NCBI GenBank assembly: GCA_051362555.1
Contig: CM120642.1
Coordinates: 8,804,001 to 8,868,000, forward strand
Source: Lingula anatina
Lineage: Eukaryota; Animalia; Brachiopoda
Direction of reading: 5' to 3'
DNA: 64,000 nucleotides
The notes under the pieces were generated by a model. The model saw only the letters and a list, made by a program, of their open reading frames with translations. It was not told the origin of the DNA and did not search any database. Shown here one piece after another: positions 40,101-51,600 of the stretch; positions within the stretch are counted from its first letter, which is position 1; every line of letters starts with the position of its first letter. The position numbers and the translations under genes were made by a program.

Positions 40101-41343
40101 GTCCAGCATTACAGAGCTTGAAAGAGAGAATGCTGAAGAGGAAGAAAAATTAGAGGCAAGTGTACAGACTCAAGACACAGACACGGTGAAAGTCATAGGT
40201 GAAGGTATTCAATACTCCTCTTCTGTTGATACGAAGCCTGTTACAGAACCAGACTTTCAGAGTGCTATTCAAGAGAGTGACTCAGTATCCAGTTTGCCCA
40301 GAGCATTCACTGTTGTTTCGGAGCCAGCTCAGCCTGGGGAGAGCACTACTGAGAAAACTTTGAAAAGCTCCCATGAAATATGTGATGAAACTTCTTCAAA
40401 TGTGCAATATGATGATGATAAAACAAATGATCTCAAAGTGAAAGATGGAGCAGCGCCTGAAGCTGAATATAGAGAATGTGCAGTTGTTGCAGAAGAGCAC
40501 GCAAAAGCAGTAAAAACTGGTGCAGGTGAGGACACCAGTACAACCAACCAACAGGAACATTCAACTACAGAATCTGATGCATCTAATACAAGTTATCAGA
40601 AAACAAGTACACCTTGTATACAAAAAGGACAGTCAGATGTACAGAAGGAAAGTATGAATAAGCATGAAACGGTGCAGAGTGATAATACCAAATCACAAGA
40701 GGTGCCAACTGTGTCAGTCGGGCTTGTGCAATCAACATCAGAATCAAAACCTTCAGATGAATCTCAGAATCTCCACCAGGATACAAAAGTTGATTCTCCA
40801 ACACTCAAGAGCCCTCTAGTTCTGCAATATTCCACAAGTGATGATGTCTTTGAAGACCTGCCAACAGACGAACCTACTCAAAGTCACAATGTACATAACC
40901 CAACAACTGAACTCCTCAAACGTGTTGTGTTTGATAAACAACGAAATCTCGCTGGGAGTAGCAGTGATAGTAGTAGCAGTAGCAGTAACCGTAGCAGTGT
41001 CAGCAGCAGCAATGGCAGCATCACCAGCAGCAGTAACAGTAGCAGCAGTTCTGGAAGGACCTCGGCTTTAAATAGAATTGCATTGCGCAGGCGTAGTTTT
41101 CATCAGACACGCCAGCAAGCCGCAGGATCGACAGATTCCGTTGGGGCAAGCAGTAGCACTAACAGTAGTGTAGAGGGCGCCAAGGCTGAGCCTACGTACC
41201 AGAGGTATTATCATGTATTCAGAGAGAGGGAGCTCATTGAACTGATAGAAGAACATGTAGATAGTCTTCATATCATAAGCTCCTATTATGACCATGCAAA
41301 CTGGTGTGTTATTGCAGAGAAAGTACAGGTGTGGACTTTATGA
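34122..41343 (+). CDS. TRMT9B: TRMT9B (KIAA1456 / Drosophila fire dancer)-like Trm9-family SAM-dependent tRNA methyltransferase, 7 coding exons, about 1461 aa
   Basis: Exons 34122-34503, 34891-34994, 35729-35920, 36507-36567, 36874-37160, 37492-37602 and 38095-41343; GT-AG, 4386 nt in frame. Motifs LEKEYVHDVYEKIAPHFS..RYKAWPKV, motif I VADIGCGNGKY, DAVISIAVIHH, VWAMEQ, QDVLVPWH, and C-terminal YQRYYHVFRERELIEL...YYDHANWCVIAEK. No RRM or AlkB domain, so TRMT9B rather than ALKBH8. In-frame stops precede ATG 34122, but an additional upstream coding exon cannot be excluded. Confidence 0.9.
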
Positions 41344-43583
41344 GAAAATGACGACGCCCGTAATTAACAAAGTGTAGAAGTATTGTCACCTCAAATATGT
41401 GTCACACAACTTTGAACACAATAATTGAGCAAATGTTACACATACAGCAAAGAAACTACTACTGACAGTTAATTTAATTTTTATTTGTTGAAACTTTTGA
41501 GAATTATTGTTTTTAAACTAAAGAGTATACATTAGCATTATAAACATTAAGCCCAACACACTTGCTGTTTTCAGCATGCTAAGTCACACATTTTGACATA
41601 TAAACCTCAAAGGCATTTCAGTTTAAGTAAAGTTAGAACAGGACTGTAAAACTATCCAGTGACTTTTTACTTGGATATTTTCTAGGTCATAGTTCAGCAC
41701 TGTGTTATCATACTGCACAGTGGGTGCAGTATCAAACTTGTGATTTGTAGCTAAGTGTGCTATTGGATTTGGCAATTATGATATTAAGCTTTGCTGTGCT
41801 TATTGAATTCATTTATTTTTATCTCTCCTTTTCATGTGTGTCAAGTGTTACTTTAAACTCTAGGTATAGAATGCCTTAGGTAGCCCATTTCAACAGCACT
41901 ATTAGTTTTACATCTGAGCACCAGATGTCAGCACTTGACTTGCATATTGTATCCTATTAAAATTGACACCCCCAAGATTTTAAAGCAAAATGTATAATGA
42001 TTGTCTAGTCAACTATGTCCACTCTTAAGTTGCTTTTTAATCAGATGCACACGCTGAGTTAAATGTCTTGTCTATATAGTCATTTATATTTTTGGGGGAT
42101 TTTTGTGCAAATATTAGGAATACAGGCCACAAAGTTATTTTAAGTTATTTAGTACAAATAATTTTTAAAATTATTTAAAATAGCAGCATACAGTGCAATA
42201 GTTCTATCATTAGCATTTTTAAGCAGCAGCTATCAAATTTAAGGTATAATTACTATAGCATAAGTGATGAGGGCACAAAAGCATGAAGTCCCTTCCCAGT
42301 TACCAAGTAACTTGTTAGCCATAACACAATCAGTGCAATCTTTTTATTTTTATTAAAACTTTCACTTTATGTACATTAATGGTGCAAGGGCTGAGCATTC
42401 AAAAGTGTAATGTCTTATGTCTTATATGTGGACAAAGCTAAAATAGAGATTGGAGGCAGCAGAGGTTTGCTCCTCAAGATATTACTTACACACACTCAAT
42501 ATTTTATTACAGATATGGTGCATTCCAGATGATGACCAGTATTCTTCTCTTATTCCATCTGCATTATTTTTATTTAACATTATTTTATTTTATCAGCTGA
42601 AGCAGAACAAAGTCCTGTTGTCAGCTATGAAAAGATTTGAAACTCTGTCTAAAGCTGTGAATTGTGAGTTTCTTGTAGGAAATAAGAAATTGAACAATTT
42701 AAAGAAGTATTTGTGATAGTGTTAGTTTATGTCACTGTGCAATATGTACCCAATGAACTTCATGGGTAGCCCATGCTGTTTATGAAGTCCATCTTTCATA
42801 GACATGTATAATATGATGGATAGATCTAGTATTAATATTATTATATAGAATCTCAGAATCTCAATTCCATTGAATCTCACTGCTAATTTTTCCAAAGGTA
42901 TTTAGAAATAAATTTACTAATTTGTGTCACATGAAATGTGATGCTATGTGTTTTAAAGAGCAGTTTTAAAGCAGAAAGACAGTTGTTAACTTTTTTTTAG
43001 TTTAATTGTTTTGGATTTATATATGACTTATAGACAAAGTGATCCTTAATGGCTATACTGTAGCTGTTCTTCAAACAAAGCTCTATTGATATGATATGTT
43101 GGAATGTTAGTGTGTGGAGAGCATTCTACCATATGTGCTTATGGGATAAACCCTACTGAATTATTGGCCAATACATTGGCTTTTAAAAGGGCATATTGAA
43201 ATTTAAGACTGACCAAAGTTAATTCAAATTGGAAAACTTTGTAGGATTGTGGTATTATTCGGTTTAGAATATGATTTTTGAAATGTATGCTTCATTGTTT
43301 TTTTTTTATTATCAGAAGTGGGGTTGCATGCTTTTAAACTGAAGTATCTATTATGAAGACAAGGAACTTCTATATATATCAATTTTGATTATTATTTAAA
43401 ATGTATTTTCTAATAGCATTTATGATAAGTGCAATCAGATGTAAACTGCAGGTTCCACTTACATGGTTTTTTGACTGATAGGCCATTCTTTCAGTTTATT
43501 TTGTATTTCATAATTGGCATAACATTAAGGCCAAGTGTGTAGTATGTGAGTTTGTAGATATATAACAGCTGAGCATTTGCACA

Positions 43584-43589
43584 AATAAA
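43584..43589 (+). terminator. Candidate poly(A) signal of the TRMT9B-like gene
   Basis: AATAAA about 2.2 kb after the stop codon and just before a transposon-derived block. The assignment is inferred. Confidence 0.3.
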
Positions 43590-43654
43590 CTGATTGCACC
43601 TCTGAGCTTTGATGTCATTAAAGAGTTCATTTAAGACAGTGATATTGCTTTATT

Positions 43655-46600
43655 ATTTTTATGTACAGACACCGATGTGTCTGTACATATGGCTGTCACC
43701 AGCATCTGTTGTTGCCGTCGTTGTCATCGTCGCTGTGCACTTTCACTGATAACATGAGAAGTGAAAAGTCATTTTACCTTTTGGCATGAAACTTACAGAA
43801 CTGATGAGTATTCATAATACGCAGGTCAAGATCAAAAATCAGTGTGATCAGGCCATTTTTATGGAAGTAATGCTATTTTTTTTCACTTTTTTCAGCATTT
43901 ATGCAACACTGCTAACACGATAAGTGAAAAACCGTTTTACCTTTTGGCTTAAGGGGTCTAGGATATTAAAAATACGTCTAAAACTCGATTTTTAGTTTTT
44001 TATACGTTAGAAATAATCAATTTTGTATCTAATACTCAATTAAGTTATATTTGTGAAACACGGACTAAAAATATACATTTGGACGAGTTTTTCTACCTGT
44101 CCTGACTGGTACGGGTGGCAGGCTTTAGGCTCCGCCTCCGTTGTCAAGCACCGTTACTATGGGGGGCGGGGCAAGAATGGTTGTCTAACTTCTTAAGCTG
44201 TTACGCGTGCCCTGGCAGCTCATAAGTCTTACGTCAGCTAAGCAGAACACATTTATATACACAGTCATGGGAAGAAAGAAAGTCGTGAGAAAACGGATGA
44301 GCGAGGAAAGCAAGAGAATTTTGAAAGAGAGTGCTTCTGGTGGATGGAGAAACCCCGCGGTAAAGACTCGAGATCACACTTGAACTGCTGAGTATTCGTA
44401 CAACGTCTGGGGTTGTCAGAAAAAAATCGTTAGGCAATCATTTTATGCACAATAAAGATTGTAATAGCAAGCAAGTTTTAAAGTAATATTGCCACCCAAA
44501 ACATTTTCAAATTCGCATATTACGGTCTTGGCACTCTGTGGCATCATGGCATATACGAACCCACATTCGGCCATTTCTCGGAGTAAATCTTGCTTTACTT
44601 TCTCAGTTTTCGCGTCTTGGTGTGTAGAGCGGCGTCCACGCACGACGGGTGGCATTGTCCTCTGCTGGCACACCATGTAATCCTCTTTTTGTTTGTAATC
44701 GCTTCCTTAGACACTTCCTAGACAGTGCACAGACTCCAACTGCGTCAGGCACAATTATGATTAATTACGTCAGTGAAACGAGAGTAGGTAGACCTACTCA
44801 GCTGTCAATCATTTCCCAGGGAAGAGCGACTTTCGTGGTACGAATAAGTTTGCGTACAAAAGTAAGATTTTCTGGCATCTAGATAGAAACAAACAACCCA
44901 ATTTTAACACGTAATTGTGCATAGACCTTCCCGATCAACAAGATGATAACAGGTAAGGTGGAGGTGCAATTATTTTGCTTAAATAGCCCAATTACCTGAG
45001 CAAAATGGTTTAGGAGCGATTTCTCAGCTTTGAAGATTGATAACATAGTCTAAACTTCAATCCCCATATCTCATTCTGTAACTGTCAGATTGACATGAAA
45101 TTTGATGTGTCTCTGTTTCAGTATAATATCTAGTCGTCTGAGTCTTGGTTTTTGGATTGACCTTTTATTTTTGAAGTTATTAATACTGAAATTGGAAGGT
45201 CCATAAATATTTCGTAAAATTCACGTTTTATCAAAATAAAATCAAAAGTAAAAATAAAAAGAGAAAATCCTGACAGAGTTTAATGGAGTTTGTGCTAACC
45301 TTTAGATAGCTATTTCAATCGTATTAATAGGGCTTTTTGTTTAAGAGAAATTCTTGATTAAAAAAAAGACAATTTTAGCCTCAAAACGCTGATATTACGT
45401 CACTCGTGTTACACTGTGACTACAAACTTTGAAAAATTGTTTGGCTTGCTAGACCTTTTCTTTAAGTTAATAGGAAATTTCATTAGCTGCATTAGTTTTG
45501 GACTTTTTCGTTAATATCCAAGATCCCTTAAAACTTACAAAACTGATGAATATTCATAATACGCAGGTCAAGTTTGAAAATCAGCGTGAGCAGACCATTT
45601 TTATGGAAGTTATGCTGTTTTTTCACTTTTTTGAGCGTATATGCAATACCAATAACACATTTCAAGGAAAATCAATTGGCCAATTGTCTTGAAATTCACA
45701 TGGTTGATCAGTCATATTGAAATACAGATTAAGTTAAAGAATAAGCTTGATCGGTTCACTTTTGGTGAAGTTATGCCTTTTTTTGTATATAAATATTTTT
45801 TCCTCAGATTTTATTCTTAGGCATGTTAATAAACTCATCTGTGAACTTATTAGATATGCAAAGGTGTTCTTTTGACATTTTCTGCATCTGAACAGTATTG
45901 TTAGTTGATTATATAAAAATGATGGTAAGCCTGTTATTGTGTATTGTGTAATAAAGTGTCAAAAATGGAAATAAACTCATATCTTTACAGTTTGTCAGAT
46001 TCAATCATCAGTATCTCAGAATGGAGCAAATTGGACTTTTTAAATTGTTCTATTGATATTTTTCCTATGTCAACAATTTTTATTTCTTAGTTGATCATTT
46101 TTAAAAATGACAGTAAATTGATTATTTTGTTTTATGCAAAAAAAAAAAAAAAATGTTGAAAGTGGAAAGAAAATCATTTCAGTACAGTTTTCACTTGTTT
46201 ACATTTTGGCATTTTGAAGTTGTGACTCTGAACTTCCATGGCCTTGAAGACCTTTCCATGTCACATTTTCTGAATATCCATGATACTTTTATTTTATTAT
46301 TAAAAGTTGGTGGTCATTATGCTGTTGAGCATTATGTAATATTGCATCAAAATTGAAGACAACCCTATTTAAGGCACTGCCTCCACATTGGCCATTGAAG
46401 GAAAACCAAGTCACTTACTCTTCTCAAACTTACAGAAATGTAGCATAGGACTAAAATATAGCTTCAGTTGGAAAACCTGTTTTATCGGTTAACTTTCCTA
46501 GAAATTATATAGTTTTTTTGTTAGAATTAAAATTTTCACATATCGACATTTTCAAGGTGTGACTTAGTCTGAACTTCCATTGGCTTGAAGACCTTTGCTA

Positions 46601-47788
46601 GTCACATTTTCTTAAGATCCATGATACTTTTACATTATTATTAAAAATTGATGGTCATATTGCATAAAAGTTGAAGAAACCCCTATTTTGGACATCACTG
46701 CCAGGATGAGCATTAAGGGAAAACCATGTTACTTATGATACTCAAACTTATTGAAAGTTTCATAGGACTGTGCAGCTTGTGTTGGGAAATCGGTGTGATT
46801 GTTTTCTATTTTGGAATCAATGTAGCTCTATAGAGTGCTATATGGGGCTACTGTATATGGATGGTGGTCAGTACGGTATGTAATTGTCCCTTGGGTAATC
46901 ACTATCTAATTTCAGAGCTATTAAGTCACTTGCCTAATTAATTTTCAAGTGGCCATTAAATGAGATTACATAAAACACACGTTGAAATTTCCCAGCAAAG
47001 TCCCATAGGTTAAGCTCTCTTAACTGTGCCACATAATTAGGAATCGGTAATGATTATGCAGGTAAATGTTGTTTAATATTGCGAATAAGTTTACAAAAGA
47101 AAAAAATTGCGTCACGCCAATATTAATGCTATAGATGAAAAACAGTGCCTATTATCCTCGAACACACGGGGGTTATTCATATCATGTTAATACAGCAAGA
47201 TTAAAAGTTTGAATAGCAGCTTTATTGGAATATTTTTGTTGTGTTTCCTTTTTAATTTTTTTCCAAACACTGGCATTTTTTACTCCCATCCACTTGAAGC
47301 TCTTCACATTTTCTGTATTTCCACAGCAGTTGCATTGGTTTTTATGTCTTTAAACATTATGTAATATTATTTTATGCGCTGTCATCATTTTTTCAAATAT
47401 TGGGATTTTCATTTTGTGAATTTAAACTCTCATGGTCCTGAAACTGTAATCTTATTGCAGGGGCGGATTGAGACCGTCTTCTGGGTCTTCCAGATGATGG
47501 TCAGATTTTAAAGTTTACATTGACGGGTATCTATTTTTTCTGTTGGAAGACCATCAAAAATGGAGGATGGATCAACAAAGATAATTTGGAATACTGTCAA
47601 AAAATATCTCTGGATCTGCTCCTGTTATTGACCATTTCACCTGTTGTGCACGATTAAAATTCAGTGTTGATTGACTGTGCTATTATAAGCATTATTTATT
47701 ATTGCATCAAAATTGACAAAATGACACATTTTTTGCATTTTTATTTTCTTTTTTTGTCTATACATTTGACAGCTTTGCTGCCTTGTTT
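43655..47788 (+). mobile_element. Non-autonomous Helentron/HINE (DINE-1-like) element with internal tandem subrepeats and nested insertions
   Basis: T-run, then 5' hairpin TATGTACAGACAC-cgat-GTGTCTGTACATA (43660-43689) and a GTT/GTC-rich tract. Repeated internal units (AAACTTACA.AACTGATGA.TATTCATAATACGCAGGTCAAG near 43790 and 45532; TTTTGGCATTTT...GAAC.TCCAT units near 46205, 46545 and 47400). 3' subterminal inverted repeat TGTCTATACAT (47755-47765), short hairpin CAGC-ttt-GCTG, then TTGTTT. Confidence 0.65.
43953..45527. mobile_element. Kolobok-like non-autonomous DNA transposon, 1575 bp, TTAA target-site duplication
   Basis: Left end TTAA|GGGGTCTAGGATATTAAAAATACGTCTAAAACT; right end reverse-complemented TTAA|GGGATCTTGGATATTAACGAAAAAGTCCAAAACT. 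Removing the element restores CCTTTTGGC-TTAA-AACTTACA, matching the uninterrupted sister unit CCTTTTGGC-ATGA-AACTTACA near 43777. TTAA TSD with GG termini fits Kolobok rather than piggyBac (CC termini). Confidence 0.75.
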
Positions 47789-48600
47789 ACTTAAAACTTA
47801 ATGCAAAACAGACTGCACAAAGAATAATGATAATAATGATCTTTTTATTATTAGAAAAAACATGTGCTATTATCATTCACCAGACAAAATGTGCAAAATA
47901 TTTCTATTAAAAATAAAATAATATTCAAGCAATTGTATTACATGAAGGCGAGAGACGAATGGCACACACTGTTGGCACGATAAACTAAAACAGCTTGCAG
48001 AGAATAATCGTCATCTTTCTCATTTGTCGGAAAAGAATGTTCTAAGCAGTTATTATTTTAGTCAACGATCTTTACAAAAAAGCACATAACACATGCTTGT
48101 AGAATTGAACAATGATCTTTGTCTTAGAGAAGAATAACGCGGTTGTCGAATGTCACATTTTTGTCGCGTTTCTATTGCTTTAGGTCCATACATTCCAAAT
48201 TCCCGCAACTGTAGTGTAATTTTAATTTTTTAGTTAACCAAAAATGATTACATGACTTGCACAGAAATAAATTATATCACAAAGTTTGAAATGTCAACAA
48301 TTGGATAAAAAGGGGCGGATGCGAGGGGTGCACACAATTTCGCCCAAATCTCTTTGTCTCCATGTAGCCTCATTTGGGGTGGGGGTCTCTAGAAAGTTAA
48401 ATAAATAAATAAATAAATAGAAAGAAAAGAGATATTTTGAGTCCACCAAGTGAAAAGTGTTTTCATGAAGGCCTACTGCACAATTGATCGGGAAGATATA
48501 TAGGGATATTTACATGAAAACTTACGAACGTGTTTCCATTTAAACATCCTGACCTCCGTTCGATCCGATTGTGCACAACAATGCAAATTTCCACATATAA

Positions 48601-51600
48601 TCACGGCACCACGTATATTTCATGAGAGTTCTGGCTGTCTAATTCATTGACCGCAGGCAGATAGGTATTCAGTTCACAACGGTATCCACTTGACTCACTT
48701 GACTGTCCTTGTGGGATTTCCACGTTGAAGGACCGACAGCGGGATTCCCGTAAACACGAGGTGGCACACTCCAAGCGACTTCGTATTTGCATTGAAGCAA
48801 TGCTGTAGCCGCTGAGTCGTTTGTTTTTTCCCAGTAAGAAGTACGTTTTCTGGATTGGGTTGGTGTCTGGAAAGGAGTGATAAGGCGGTCATATGTTCAT
48901 GCATACTGTCATACACTTCATGCATTGCTTTTATTAACAAGGCCCAATCTACATGTACTTCGGTAGAATTCCATACCCTTCTAAAAATAAATGAATAGAT
49001 AAAAAAAAGTAAGTAAATAACAGAATGACCGTCTTTGTGAACTATCGGAAGGATACTAAATTAATCACATATGTTTTTCGTGCGAGTTATGTTGAAGTAC
49101 AAACTGCCTTTTTTCCATTTTCATATGGGTCACTTCAATTTGTCGATCGTACGTATGTCACACCCTCCTTTCTCCGTCTCTTAAAGAATTTCTTTACAAA
49201 TGACACAATTAAGGGTGTTCGATACTTAATGTTTTCTTTTCTTATCCGCTTAGATATTGCGGAAACAAACATTGTCATGCAATGAAATTATGTTGTCACA
49301 TTAAAAATAAATCAAGATGGATTTGCTTATTCGAGCTAATGAGATAACAGCTGGTTAAAAATGCAATATCGATCTCCAACAGAACTATCTGAGAACTACG
49401 GAACTTCCTCCATTGAACAGCTATCGAACCTCTGTAACCTTTTTGGGATGTGTACATACACAAACAATTCCTACTCATAAACACTCTTGTCACAGGAAGC
49501 ACTTTAAGACTTTTATCCGTTAAGAGATCCGAGAGATATCCTTACCAGTGTGCGGAGGATATACCATTTTTAGTGATGGAATTAAGAATAATTTACTTGC
49601 CGTGCAATTAAGTACAGCTCACTGTGCATAGTTGCCAGTTAAGTATCTAAACCCAGTGGCGGATTTAGGGGGGTCAGGGGGGTCCAGACCCCCCCCTTCA
49701 ATTTTTTATAAAAAATCGCATCAAAAATATCTAGCTGAATCATTGTTCTAAATGGCGCCATTTGCCCTCTAAAACACAAAATGTTTCGGGGCTCTCTAGC
49801 GTACCCCGAACATGACGCCAAGGGATGATGGTCGTCCTCGCAATCTGAGGCCTGTCAATTCCTAAAAACCGGACCCCCTTAAAAAATTCTGGTGTTTTTC
49901 GGTAACTGTACTTATTAAAAAGTTTAACTTTGACAGTGACAGACTGTGAAAGATGACAATTAAATGTATTGAACTGGCTGCGTATTTTATACATGATTGA
50001 TCACCAACTGGATGCCAGTGATTGTGATATATACAAAATAAAATCAATCAGCCATTATGAACTGGACTGAGAGTAGCCTTTCAATAATGTAAAAGAAGTA
50101 TCAAATTGAATAAAACCACCATAAAAAACACACAATTGTGACACCAAAACTAACGTGTCGATATTGATGTCACCGGCAAAATTACCTTTATCAGGAATCT
50201 TGGTAAACATTAAGACGATGACGTCTTCAAAGTTTCGGATATTGAAAACTTTCTCGTACCCGGAATATGTTTCTGGGTGATGGACTCAAAGAATTACAGA
50301 CATAGTTACTTTCTGATTTGATTTGAATAATGACTCCATAAATTGCCACTAACCTATGCAGTCATGCATATTTTCTGCAAGTTTGTATCCCTTTGTCGTG
50401 CATGTGCAGTGATAAGATGCTATCACATTCACGCAGGTTTGTTCACAGCCACCGTTGTTTACATTGCATTCATCAGTATCTACAAAGAATAAATTACAAA
50501 ACATAATTAGCCAATCGGAAATTATTATTATAAAAAAGAAATAATTTTTGCAAAACAACGAGTTTACTTCAAGGATACAAAATGTTACATGAAAATGGCA
50601 AACGCCCTACAAAAACAGTAACGACTTTATATTTTATCATAGATACAAAACCATTATTTAACCTTTTCCAGTCAGTGTGTACGCGCGCGCGTGTGTGTGT
50701 GTGTGTGTCAGAGAGAGAGAGAGAGAGAGAGAGATTGGGTTTGAGGCAACTGCTCGTTATTATATGGATAACAAAAAGACACTGAACTTTAGTTTAAAAA
50801 ATAATGACCAGGCTGCTGGACAGAAAACGATAAACAAATATGAGAATCAATGCGAAAGAAATCTTCTATCCTTTCAACGCATAAGCACGGGAGCTACATT
50901 TAAGGTGTATTTACATAAATCCAAGGTGGAACAACCAAGTGTTTTTTCTCTTAATAAAAGGATTTGCTTTTTTACAACATTTATGGAAGCTTACTAAACA
51001 CATGCAGATATGCAACTATCTAAACAACCATTTAGTATTAAAGTTATAAAATTGACTTTGAAGGACGACAAAAGTTGTCACATCATCATAAAGCAAGATT
51101 TTATCGAATGCACTTGTAAAACAGTAATTACATAATTTAATGTTTCATTAACAAGAGACCAAAGTCAAACGTATAAAAAACTGTCTCCATCACATCCAGA
51201 CATGATAAGTCTATCACACTGTTATTACACAACATTTTTCCGGTACACGGGAGTTCTTAGCCCGCGTTCGGATCGAACCAGAATAACACAAACCGGAAAT
51301 AGTCCAAATGAAGCCACCGAGTGACTAGATTGCGTCATGATTAACATCATTCCTGGGTCCAAAATGAAACAACTGTCAGATGACATCATTTGGGCTTTGG
51401 GTTTAAGTAAAGGTCGTTCCAAACACGGCATTTGAATTGAATATTGTTTATTTACCTATACAGGTATGTCCGTCTCCACTGACTTCGTATCCTGTTTGGC
51501 AGCTGCAAGTGTACCCGCCATTGGTGTTTTGACAAAGATATTCACAACCGCCATTCGATGTGCTGCACTCGTCAATATCTTCAACAGAAAAAATAATCTT

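Noticed and set aside
34100-41295. Antisense and alternative-frame ORFs overlapping TRMT9B-like exons
   Set aside because: They are shadow ORFs expected from the codon bias of the long real exons.
34122-41343. ALKBH8 assignment
   Set aside because: No RRM, AlkB dioxygenase or Zn-finger exons were found upstream; the long internal insert fits TRMT9B.
48867-48980. Upstream acceptor TTTTTAG at 48981 for the PAN exon
   Set aside because: It gives an in-frame TAG after 10 codons; the acceptor at 48867 keeps the PAN frame and matches the pseudo-exon.
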